NCBI GenBank assembly: GCA_010093995.1
Contig: ML992527.1
Coordinates: 1 to 64,000 of the forward strand
Direction of reading: 5' to 3'
From: Elsinoe ampelina
Taxonomy: Eukaryota
DNA: 64,000 nucleotides
Shown: piece by piece, positions 35,869 to 46,482 of the stretch
Layout of the letters: each line of letters begins with the position of its first letter
Position numbering within the stretch: the first letter of the stretch is position 1
Made by a program: the position numbers and the translations under genes
The notes under the pieces: model-generated
The model's input: only the letters and a program-made list of their open reading frames with translations
What the model was told of the DNA's origin: nothing
Databases searched by the model: none

Positions 35869-36849
35869 ATGTCTACAAACACTCCTGGCAAGGGTTCCAA
35901 GGGGGACAGTACCCCTGAGTCAGAGGATCGCTATCAGGTAATACCATATTGGCCATGTGAGACTTTCACATACTGACTGCCACAGTGTGAAGCAGTCTTT
36001 ACTGGTTCGTCCAGGAGTCCACTCTGCAACAACATCTTCGAGTTCCAGCTTCTCAAGAGTCCCGCTTTCACCGACCCTGCCGAAGCCCACAACAAGTCCC
36101 TGGTCATCAAGTCTAATCACGACTTCACTGTCGATCAAATCGCCATCGACTTCGGGCCATACAAAGGTCGCACGGCAGTCGTCTTCAACCCAAGGCCTGC
36201 CGGTCAGAAGGCATTTCCTTTCATGAAGCTGCCAGCCGAAGTGCGCCGTATGATCTACCGCGAGCTTCTGGTGACCGACATGGAGCTCGAATTCTCCGGC
36301 AGACGTGGCCGCCTCTGCAGTCCCGAAGGCCTAGACGAGATCCACCCGAAAATCCTCCTCGTCAGCAAAGACATCCGCGCAGAGGCACTCGGCATTGCGC
36401 TCGCCGAGAATGGCTTCTCATTCAGCACTACCACCCACGCCGAGCGATTCTTGAGCAGCATCGGCGCTGGAGTCAACCACATCACCCACATCGCCATTCG
36501 ACAGTACTTCTACCAGGAGACCGGGCGACGCATGCTTCGCCAGCTGCCCCAGGCCAGGAACCTGCAGTACATCGCTCTCCCTGGCGAGAACCTCCCGCGT
36601 CACTTCATCTACTACTGCCGTAAGTTCTTGGAGATCAGAGGCGTCAAGTCGGGCACGGGCAGATCGTTCATCAGGACGGAAGTCAATCGTCTGGTGGGCA
36701 TGATTGTTCTGAAGCATAAGTTCGGGCAGTGCTCTGCTACGATTCGTGCTGCGACATCAGCTCCTGGCTGCGACTGTGCGGGCCGCATGAGGCAGCGTCT
36801 GCAGGATCTCAAGGAGGATTTGTTGTTGGGCTATCGCATTTATGATTGA
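35869..36849 (+). CDS. F-box-like family paralogue A, 310 aa (exons 35869-35937, 35986-36849)
   Basis: GPYKGRTAVVFNPRP..FPFMKLPAEVRRMIYRELL; C-terminal CDC motif; phase-0 intron. Confidence 0.8.
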
Positions 36850-37195
36850 GGTGCACGAGGTGTGGAGGAAAGAGCGGTTTCATTGCTTGGGAAGAACGAG
36901 ACTACCAGGAGTGCTGATCGCTGTGACGGATGGAATGCTTTGTTACTAGGATGCAGCAGTCTGTCTGCTCGATATTGAATTGATCATTGCTGTTTATGCC
37001 AGCTCTTGATCTGACCAATGTGAGTTCGACTTGTCGAGATGTGATGCGATCCATGGCTTGCTTGTCGCGCTTGCCCGTGACGCGCTTGCTGCTTCCTTGC
37101 AGCCTTTCACCGCCATTCACATGATTTCCTTCTCATGCTTCTTCTCTGCTTCCCCCGGGCACATAACCTTGTACGAAACATTCACAAAGTCCAGT

Positions 37196-38147
37196 ATGGG
37201 GGCCAAGCTATCGACTGTATTCGGGGACGACCCCGTCGCCACCGCAAGAGCTCTCAAGGTAGCATACCGTGGTTCGAAGAAACTGCTTATGCTGACTTTC
37301 ACAGCATGGCATCCCTTTCACGGGCACATCCAGGAGTCCGCTTGGTAACGTCTTGTTCAACTTCAGACTCACGACCAGTCCGCCTAGCGATGATCCCTCC
37401 TTCAAGTATGCCAGATGCATCTTGGTAGACTCTACTGGCGATTTCATACCAAAACAGGTCACTATTGACTCCGGTCCGTATCAAGGACGCACAGCATTGA
37501 TCTTCGATCCTCGCCCAGCTGGACGTAAGGCCTTTGCCTTCATGGATCTTCCAACCGAGATTCGCCACATGGTCTATAAGAAATTACTGGTCACGAAGTC
37601 AGACATACAGTACCAGGAATACAGTTACGACAACAAGCCACGCGTCACAGGCCTGGACACTATCGAGCCAAACATTGTCATGGTTAGCAAGCATATCCGC
37701 GAAGAAGCATTGGCTGTTATCCTTGGCGAGAACAAATTCATCTTCCCCCAGCCGTCGGACGCCATCCACTTCCTCAAGACAGTCCCTCCTGCAGTGGCAA
37801 TGTTGAAGAACATCACCATCACGCGCGCTCTCACACATCACAAGGCTCGCCCTCTGTTCCGCATGTTGGCCGAGGCGAACAATCTGCGCTACATCAACAT
37901 CGGCAGGCTGGAGCTGCGTGGAGCTGACTTCGCTCTGTTGTGCAGCAGCAATCTGCGGTGCAGGAACCTGAAAGCGATCACTCCGAAGGACACCATTGAG
38001 AAGGAGGTTACACATCTGATAGGCCTGTTCAGACTTATTCATGGCCCATGTCTCAACCCGGTCCGTTGCGACTGCGCGCAGTACTTCGCCCAGCGTATGT
38101 CGGACGTCAGACAGGAGATGCTGATCAAGTGGAAGTATTACAATTGA
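37196..38147 (+). CDS. F-box-like family paralogue B, 301 aa (exons 37196-37258, 37305-38147)
   Basis: GPYQGRTALIFDPRP..FAFMDLPTEIRHMVYKKLL; C-terminal C..CDC; starts MGAKLS. Confidence 0.8.
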
Positions 38148-38564
38148 TAGTTCACTCCAGGAGGAGGTCGTTGGGAATACGGATTGGACAGACAAGGATA
38201 GGAAGGATTGGCTTGAGAGAGATGACACATATGCGATTGTGCGGTCAAGGAGAAAGATCACTCTGATCGTGATGTTCAGGCAATGTTCAGCTTGTCTGCT
38301 AGACCCTGAATCGATCACTGCTGTTTTCACCAGCGCTTCCATGGACCAGACTGCTGTGCATTCAACATGTGAGGAGCATGTGATGTCATTCACTGCGCGG
38401 CTCGCATGTCGCGCTTGCACGTGACGCGCTTGCTGCCTATACTTCAATCGCACCTTCCACTTTTCACATTCACTCCTGGTAGCACCTCATTTGAAACATT
38501 ACACCGCTTGAAGCAAAGCAAACCTCGCCAATCCCAATTCCTCACGCTTTCTGGTAGTTTTGTC

Positions 38565-39626
38565 ATGGCGCCACCTACCAGAAGGAAAGGCGCCCGGCCC
38601 AGGACCTCTGGTCCAGAATCAGCTATCGTGAGTAAGCTACCAAGGGAACTTCACTCACGAGACTAACGTCTTCAGGATCGAGCCCAGGTTACCTACGATG
38701 GCCTCGACAGTCCTCAAGGAACTACCACAGCCATGTCAACAAGCACCATCGCGAAAGCCCAATTCACCTATCGCTTTGGCTCCCTCAACAGCTCATCAGA
38801 AGTCCTTGGTGACTCCAATGTCCAGGCTATCTTCCTCGCTTCCAGTCGCGACTTCACGGTTGAAACTACCACAATCCAAGATGGTCCCTTCAAAGGCCGC
38901 CTGGCTTTCGTCGTCGACCCTCGCCCTACCAGTAAAGACGTCTTCCGTTTTACCGACCTACCACCCGAGATACGCACCATGATCTACGAAGAGCTACTTA
39001 TCCTACCAGTGGTTCACTTTACTCCGTCCAGGAAGAAGGAATGCGGCTTCCAGTCTCGGCAGAAAGGCATCATCAAGAGACTCTCTATCCTCAATGTCAG
39101 CAAATTTGTTCGGCAGGAAGCTATGGCGGTATTTCTTGGTAGGAACAGGCTGCTCTTTGCGGACAACACAATTGCAAACAAGGTGTTCGAGATGTATTCC
39201 CCGTATCAGCTGTGCATTCGCAAGATTTACCTGGGTACCATCCACACTTCCACAGCCAGCAAGACAATGAGGACGTTGGCGAGAATGCACAATCTGGAAA
39301 GCATTGAGATATGGTACTACCGGCTGTCTGCGGGGCGTCCGATTGACTTCAAGATGTGGTTCGTGGAACAAGGACTGGCCAAGAAGAGCGTCAACCGCAA
39401 TACCGTGCTGGAGGCCATCGACCGTCTTCTCGGCCTGCTCGTGGTCCGTACAGGCTGCCGTGAGAAGAGAGGCTGTGGCAGTATTACTACCAGTGGCAGA
39501 GGAGCGTCGAAGGTGAAGTGCGAGAAGTGTGACGGGACCTGCCCATGCCATGAGGCATATCGGAAGCCCTTCGCGGAGCTCAAGACCAGACTTCGAAACC
39601 TCCTCAAGGTCGACGGCAATGAGTGA
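38565..39626 (+). CDS. F-box-like family paralogue C, 337 aa (exons 38565-38627, 38676-39626)
   Basis: GPFKGRLAFVVDPRP..FRFTDLPPEIRTMIYEELL; CEKCDGTCPCH. Confidence 0.82.
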
Positions 39627-40168
39627 ATACTACCAGGGCGAGATGATGCAAGGTCCAACAATTGTTGATGACGAGATTGGTGCTGGCAGTTTTTGAGAGC
39701 ATTTCCTACCAGGTATCAATAGAATTCAATGTTCCCCTGACGATCCTTAAGAGTTGTCAGCTTCGCTCTGGTAATATGAATGAAGGTACTACCAGACCTT
39801 GTAAGCTCAACGGCATGAAGCTCTTCGTCAGCGCTATTTTCTGGTAGTATGAAGTGAGCTACTACCAGAATTGATGTTCTCAATGTCATGCAGCTCGTCC
39901 AACCACTAGACAAGCCCTGGAAACCTCCCCTCTATAGCAGCAGGTCCTACAAAACGATCATGAAATGCTGAGTGCGTCAGTAAGTCTCTCGTCCAATAGG
40001 AAGCATGCAGTGGACTTCACATGTGAAAGTGTGATGTAATATCTCGCTTGCTGCACCTCTTCCCGCTACCCGCTCGCAGCTTCCTGCTCTTGATATCTTC
40101 TCGACCTCCATCACTTTCACACTTTACTTCCTCGCCAACACTCAAAACCACTCATACCACCAGCAAAC

Positions 40169-41246
40169 ACGCCGCCTCCGACAAAGAAGAAAAGGGCCGC
40201 AGCTTCCTCAAGACCTACCAAGGTATGTACCTATCACACCCCCAATTCATGCACCTGCTCACTTTTCACAGCGCTCATCCAAACCTGCTGCCGCCGCTCC
40301 CAAGTTTCACACTACCACCTCAACGACCGCCATCGCCAATGCCACCTTCGCATACCAGTTCGGCTCGACAGATGCTCCGACTCAGCTCGCTGCCGCAGGA
40401 CAGGTCAATGCCCAGTCGATCCTCGTTGCCTCCCAGAACAAATTCGACGTTACGCCATTCACATTCCGAAGTGGACCAATGCAGGGCCAATTCGCCTTGG
40501 TCTTTACGGCACAACCTGCCGACCACGAGATCTTTCGCTTCCTTGACTTGCCGGCTGAGATCCGTGCCATGATACTTGAGAAGCTGGTCATCCATGGTCC
40601 TGAAGCAATAGTCATCCTCAACCTGTCCAACAACCGCGATTGCAAATTCCGAAGCAAGACTTTCGAAGCTGCCAAACTGAGCATCATGGGTGTCTGCAAG
40701 CAGATTCGACAGGAAGCCCTTGCGATGTTCCTTGGCGGCAATACTTTCCGTCTCGGGCAGACAAGTACTGCCTTACATTTCCTGGAGCTCTACGGAGACT
40801 CCACTCAATACTTGCGTACCATAGAGATCGATCATCTCCTCAAGACCGGCAACAACCAGCTCATGAGAGCGCTCGCCAACCTGCCGACCTTGCAGCGTGT
40901 GCGTTTCGACAGGGGGGATCTCAGGAGGCTGTCTGCCGAGCGTATCAGACCATACTTTAGCGAGCAAGGTCTCACCAAGAAGACGGCCCATTCGGACGCC
41001 ATCCTTGCTGGCCTCGACCGCTTCTTAGGTCTCATTGGTGCGATGAACCCGACTCCTTGGCGATCTCCGTGTGACTTCATGTGCCCCCACGAAGATGTGA
41101 ATGGGCTCAACGCTGGCGAAAGGTCTCAGTGCGATGCTTGTCATATGCGGTGCTACTGCCATGCTGCTTTGGAAACAGCGTTGATTGAGCTCCGTGAAGA
41201 TCTCAAGGAGATGCTGAAGATCGAGGAAGAAGATCCCGTGGGGTGA
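40169..41246 (+). CDS. F-box-like family paralogue D; ACG occupies the start position (exons 40169-40222, 40272-41246)
   Basis: GPMQGQFALVF..FRFLDLPAEIRAMILEKL; CDACHMRCYCH; exon 1 (T)PPPTKKKR parallels MAPPTRRK of paralogue C. Confidence 0.7.
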
Positions 41247-41718
41247 TACTGGAGGCCCAAGTAGGAATAGCTGGGTAAAAATTGTGGACGCAATGAGTGG
41301 TGGGCCTGTCGAGAAGTGACCCAAAGATTACCTGATATGCCCAGAGGATCGTTCGTAGCCTACATGGACCTGGAATAAAAGGTAACAGAAGCTTGTTATC
41401 ATGTATACAGTGTCGTATCATTCTTCCAGGGACATGCCAGTGTCCCTCAGGTCGCTGGTCAGACAGGCGTACGGATTAGTGGCTCCAGAGTGCCGTCACA
41501 GTTTCTGCTTCTCCCGTGCTTGCGGATCAGACTTTGCAGTGATAGACCAGCTTCAAAAAGCAAAAAAGAAGATGCCCGTTTCATCGCGCGTACCTCGATG
41601 TCTCTGTAAAACTTCTCCCAGTCACAGCTGTCGCCTTTATGCAACATACATCACCTCGCCAGAGATTCCATTGGGGCTGGCCTGGCCGGGCATCTGGCTT
41701 CTAGACATTCCATCACAA

Positions 41719-42759
41719 ATGTGTCCCAACAGCCGTGCTACCACAGGCTCCAACGTCGGACCGGACCATGTATGCGACCGAGCCCATCCTCCAAAGGAGA
41801 CTTGAATTCTGACCTTCCATAGATCCAATCTCAGCCCAGTCGCAACTGCGCAAGCGACCAGGTTGTCCATAAAGTGACAACAAGGAGTACCGTCAACAGT
41901 GCCTCCCTTGAAATCCAGGTGCTGGAGCCCGAAGAGGACGGAAAGCCCATAGCCTCTGGACAAATCCAGAAGAGGACGATTGTTGTCTCAACCAAACATC
42001 CTGTACTCATACAACCGACGGTCCTGCGAGGAGGAGCATATGATGGACGCTTGGCTCTTGTCTTCGATCCCCTCCCCACCAGCACCTCCCGCCTCATGGA
42101 CCTGCCCGCCGAAGTCCGAGCCATGATCTTCACAGCCCTGCTGGATTCCCACGATTATACGATCTTCTTCCATGCACCCAAGACGAAACTTCGTCTGCCC
42201 GCCATCCTTGACGTTTCCAGGCAAGTCCGGCACGAAGCGCTGCCCCATCTTTTGGCGGGGACGCTTTCTAAGTTTCCTCAAGACCTCCACGGCTCTGCAT
42301 TTCTTCGACCGCTACGGCCACCACCTGCCTTGCGTGCGACATATTTGCGTCGAGGGTTGTCTTGTCTCCCGCGCGACGGACAGGTTCATGAGGACGGTGG
42401 CACGCCTTCCAAATCTCCAGACTCTGGAGGTGGCTCAGTGCTATATCTCGCGTGCTTCGGCGAAGTTGTACAGAGGGTGGTTCCGCGGGCAAGGCCTGGG
42501 CAAGGATCACGTTTCTCCGGGAACCCTTCGCGCCGGGATTGATCGTCTCTTCAGCGTGCTGAGGATCGTCCGTTACTGCTGCAAAGGATGCCCGTCACAG
42601 AGACCGCCCGCTACCAAGTCGAGCGAGACTGGGTGTATGGGCTGTGACGGGTCTTGCGATTGTCACTTTGATTTTTTTCTCCCACCGGGGCGAGCGTCAT
42701 GGGGCGGTCTCCAGAAGGGGCTGGAGGATATGTTGAAGATTGGACCAACTCAGGGTTGA
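41719..42759 (+). pseudogene. F-box-like family paralogue E with a +1 frameshift near 42243-42280 (exons 41719-41769, 41823-42759)
   Basis: GAYDGRLALVFDP..LMDLPAEVRAMIF in one frame; TSTALHFFDRYG..WFRGQGL..CMGCDGSCDCH in the next frame. Confidence 0.72.
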
Positions 42760-43420
42760 CATAGAGGCTAGAAGCGGCACCGAGGTGTATGCGTAGCAGG
42801 TCTGCTGATATGTCGCCACTCAGATAGATTTGGAAGATACTTCGGCGAGTGTAGAAGCGAGAAGGTAGTGGACGAGCAGGCCTGGGCCAATCGCCAGATG
42901 TAATGAGATTGGCCGCCACCATTGCACATCAACGAAGCAATTGTCTGGAATCGATGATTGTATTAAATACGAGGGTGTAATGGGTGCCGCCAACGTGACA
43001 CGATTTGCCACTGCGTCTGTGCTTGCGAACACGGAAAGATTCCGCTTGATGGACCTCAGTCGACTTCGAATGGTTTGAGATGTGGACGTTTTCTTGTCAA
43101 AATACGCTTGCATCATCAAGAGGTGTGCGACTTGATATGTGATCTTGTCAGGCAGATGTAGATCCATGTGAGCTACGTTTGGACGACGTGAAATGCACGC
43201 CGTGGATATGTAATGCTGACTACCAGGCCTGCAGCGCCTTCAGTGACACCCATCTCCAGAAGTGTCTCTTCTTGACACTCGGACCTGCAAGTGTGCAAGC
43301 GAACATCCATTTGCCCAATCAACCTCTGCGCTTCCTAGAGGCTGGTCTTTCTTTGCGCCTTCCCTCACCCGTGTCAGGACTTCCAGTGGTAAAGTGCCAG
43401 CTTCGCCACGGCCGCACCTC

Positions 43421-44116
43421 TCACTCAAGTCTCAGTAGTCGCCCCATTTCCTTTTTGATGGCTGGCAACTGAGTATGGCACCTACAACTGCAGACTGACC
43501 TGTCACAGTCCCTTCCGCGTCCTCGACATGTCCGGATCCTCTTACAGATCTTGATAGTCCTCATCAAACGCTCCAGACGTTCTTCGACCGCTTCTCTACC
43601 CGCCGTCCTGACTCCCAATCTCTGCTTAGTGAACCAAGGCCGGAGCAAAGGGCAGATGTTGACACCGAGATCGCTCTTCCTGATTCGCAGTTCGGAGAGG
43701 TACTCGGCTTGAGCAAGGACACACATGATTTTCGCAAGAGGCTGTACGTCGGTGAGTCGAACATGTACCTTTTTGATATTACCGATCTCGCCGCCAATGC
43801 GGGTACCGAAATCCAGCAAGGCATCGGCCTTCTCAAAAGCAAATATGTTGTCCCCCATGACCATCGGGGTTGTTTCTTGATTGATCTGCCTGTTGACCAG
43901 GAGCAGAGAGAAGGTGAACTTGTCGGTAAAGCGCTCTAGGATCGTGCAGAGCTCTGTCCGGGGGTCTTTTCGGCGGCCACCTCTGATGTGATAGAACCGA
44001 ATGATGATATTCCTTGGGAGAAGGTGACGGTAGATCATAAAGCGAAGCTCAGTAGGTAGGTCAAGGAAACGGAAAACACCAGTCGGCCTGGACTCTGATT
44101 TCGAGGTGGCGGACAT
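43421..44116 (-). CDS. F-box-like family paralogue F, 231 aa, inverted, lacking the N-terminal domain
   Basis: MSATSKSESRPTGVFRFLDLPTELRFMIYRHLL..WFTKQRL..CSCRCH. Confidence 0.78.
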   Translation of the reverse strand: MSATSKSESRPTGVFRFLDLPTELRFMIYRHLLPRNIIIRFYHIRGGRRKDPRTELCTILERFTDKFTFSLLLVNRQINQETTPMVMGDNIFAFEKADALLDFGTRIGGEIGNIKKVHVRLTDVQPLAKIMCVLAQAEYLSELRIRKSDLGVNICPLLRPWFTKQRLGVRTAGREAVEERLERLMRTIKICKRIRTCRGRGRDCDRSVCSCRCHTQLPAIKKEMGRLLRLE

Positions 44117-44743
44117 CTCGGTTGTGGTAGTATATCGATGTGGAACTACCAGACACAGAGCGCAGAGGTCGATACAATGCAGTGAAAACGAAGCGAGATG
44201 CAAGGTAGAGTATGAAGAGCTCGTGAAGATGAGCAAGATTGTGGTAGTAATGCGGTACGGGAATTACCAGGCACTGATTGCAGATGTTGATCTCAAGTAG
44301 TGAGTGGGACCGCTGAGCATTGGAGTAGATTTGAAGTGACCGCGAAGGTGAGCAAGGTCGTAGTAGGAGACTGATGCGAGACTACCAGGTACTGAACGTG
44401 AAGGCGAGATGACGCGGTGACATAAACCAGGAATCATAGAGAGAGGAATTATCAGGCGAGCAGTGAGGTAAGTCGTGAAGTAGTCGTGAAAGTGGGTAAG
44501 GTTGTGGTGGGGCGTTGAGGCCTGACTACCAGATGCTCAACGTGAAAAGTGATATCACATAGCGGAGGTAAACGAAGAACGGGGTGAGGCGAGCTGAAGA
44601 GTATGTGGTGGAACAAATCAAAAGATATGTTCCTTCCGAGCTTGCTTGTTCGTCCCCAAGGGTTAGATAAGTCAGCAAGTGATTCAGTCTATCTCGTTAT
44701 TCAGCATGCACATACTCAAAAGGGCCGCATTCAAGTCGTGCAG

Positions 44744-45183
44744 CAAAAGAGTTCGGACCCAGTCGGGTCCTACATGGTTGATAAGCAGATGCAACAGCTC
44801 AAACCTCGGCGAACCAAATCGTCCAACCACTCGGCTATCCGAGGAAGTCTAGGCCAGTTTACAAGGTGCGAAAATTGTCATGGTATGTGAAGCTGGCCAG
44901 TGACTTGATTGTGACACGCGTTTCTGTTCCTGCCATGATATGCGCCGATACCGACATCTTGCTGCGCCTAAAATGTGGCAGCAAGGCATGAATTGCGCGA
45001 GATCTGACATGAGCTTCAGGATACTTAATCAGACTTGCATATCTTCCTTTCTCTCCTGCACCACACATCACCGTTCTGATGGCAGAACTCGACTCCCACC
45101 CAAACTCACTCACCGGAGCACGGCGCAAAAATCCTACGGCCAAACGAGCGACAAAAGAGTTCGGACCCGGACGGGTCCTACAT
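44744..45183. repeat. Two 32-bp direct repeats (44744-44775, 45152-45183), each with a GGACCC-N4-GGGTCC hairpin
   Basis: CAAAAGAGTTCGGACCC[AGTC/GGAC]GGGTCCTACAT; the only mismatches are in the loop. Confidence 0.85.
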
Positions 45184-45227
45184 CTCCCCGCTGTTATCAA
45201 CTTGTGATAACAGCAGCCAGTCCATCC

Positions 45228-45350
45228 GAGAGAGTCGATCCGAGAGAGTCCATCCAAGATAATCCAGAATAGTGGTATCACATGCACATCCATCCATGAG
45301 AGTCGATCCAAGGTAGTCCAGAGCAGGAGCAGCAACGGTATCACATGCAC
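45228..45350. repeat. Imperfect tandem duplication
   Basis: GAGAGTC(C/G)ATCCAAG.TA.TCCAGA...GGTATCACATGCAC occurs twice, with extra GAGAGTCGATCC units. Confidence 0.7.
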
Positions 45351-45777
45351 GTGGAAAGTCGGAAGAAAGTTAGGAAAGTGTTTGAGGAAAGTCAGAAGAG
45401 GTTAGACTGAAGGAAAGAAATTGAACAGAAAGAAATCGCACAACCACTTTACCATTGGTCCCTCCCCCGAAGGGGAGGGCCGCTAGATTCCACGGCGAGA
45501 ATATTAATATACCATGTGCTTCTGGGGCGGTGACTTGGTTGTGACATCAGAGTGGCTTGGTGCTGTCACATGCTCTGGTGTCTTGCTGTGCATCGAAACG
45601 TGCTGAATGGTATGGAAGTTTTTGCGACTCACTTGACACCACCTCACATATCCACCTTAAACCTGCAGCCTCTACACCCATCTCATCACAACATCATGAT
45701 CAAAAGCGCCACGAACGCCTCAACAAAGAAACACATCCATTCCCACCAAATCCCTCCTCTCCCTCGCCACCTGGTCT

Positions 45778-46482
45778 CTACAACTTTCCCCCCTTCGCCA
45801 CCAACTCATCAAAATCCGCACTCACTCCCCCCGTCAACCTCCCCTCGACCGTCTTCCAATTAACCACATTCCAAATCTCCTTCGTATACTCCTTCTTCTT
45901 ATTCTGATACTGGAGATAGTACGCATGCTCCCACATGTCCACCCCCAACAACGGCTTCAGCCCCTTGGGCGGGATATCCTGGTCCTTACTCGTGGTAATC
46001 AACAGCTGCCCCGTCTTGGTATCCTGCACGAGCCAGCCCCATCCTGATCCTTGCAGGCCGAGGAGGCTGGCTTCGAAGGCGGACTTGAAGGCGTCGATGG
46101 AGCCGAAGGTTTGCGTCAGGGCGGAGTGGAGGGTGGGTGCGTTGGTGGAGGTGGGGGAGGGGGTGGTGCTGGAGGCGGGCGCGAGGTTTTCCCAGAAGAG
46201 AGTGTGGTTGATGTGCCCGCCTGCGTTGAATTTGATGGCTTGTTGGAGGTGGAGTTGCTCGGCGATGCGGCCGGCGGAGAGGGCGGTGGCGTGGGTGGCG
46301 AGGGCGGCGTTGAGGTTGGTGATGTAGGTTTGGTGGTGCATGGTGTGGTGGAGGGTCATGATTTGCTCGGAGATGTGTGGTTCGAGAGCCTGGTGGGGTC
46401 AGTGGGGAGTGGTGGTAGTGGTGGTAGTGGTGCTTACGTTGTAGGCATAGGGGAGCTTGGGGAGGGTGTACTGAGTGGCCAT
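45778..46482 (-). CDS. Mn superoxide dismutase without a mitochondrial presequence (intron 46437-46390)
   Basis: YTLPKLPYAYN|ALEPHISEQIM.LHH..HHQTY, FNAGGHINH, QGSGWGWL, DMWEHAYY. Confidence 0.93.

Noticed and set aside
44744..45350. CRISPR-like reading of the hairpin repeats
   Set aside because: Eukaryotic context, only two units 408 bp apart, no cas genes
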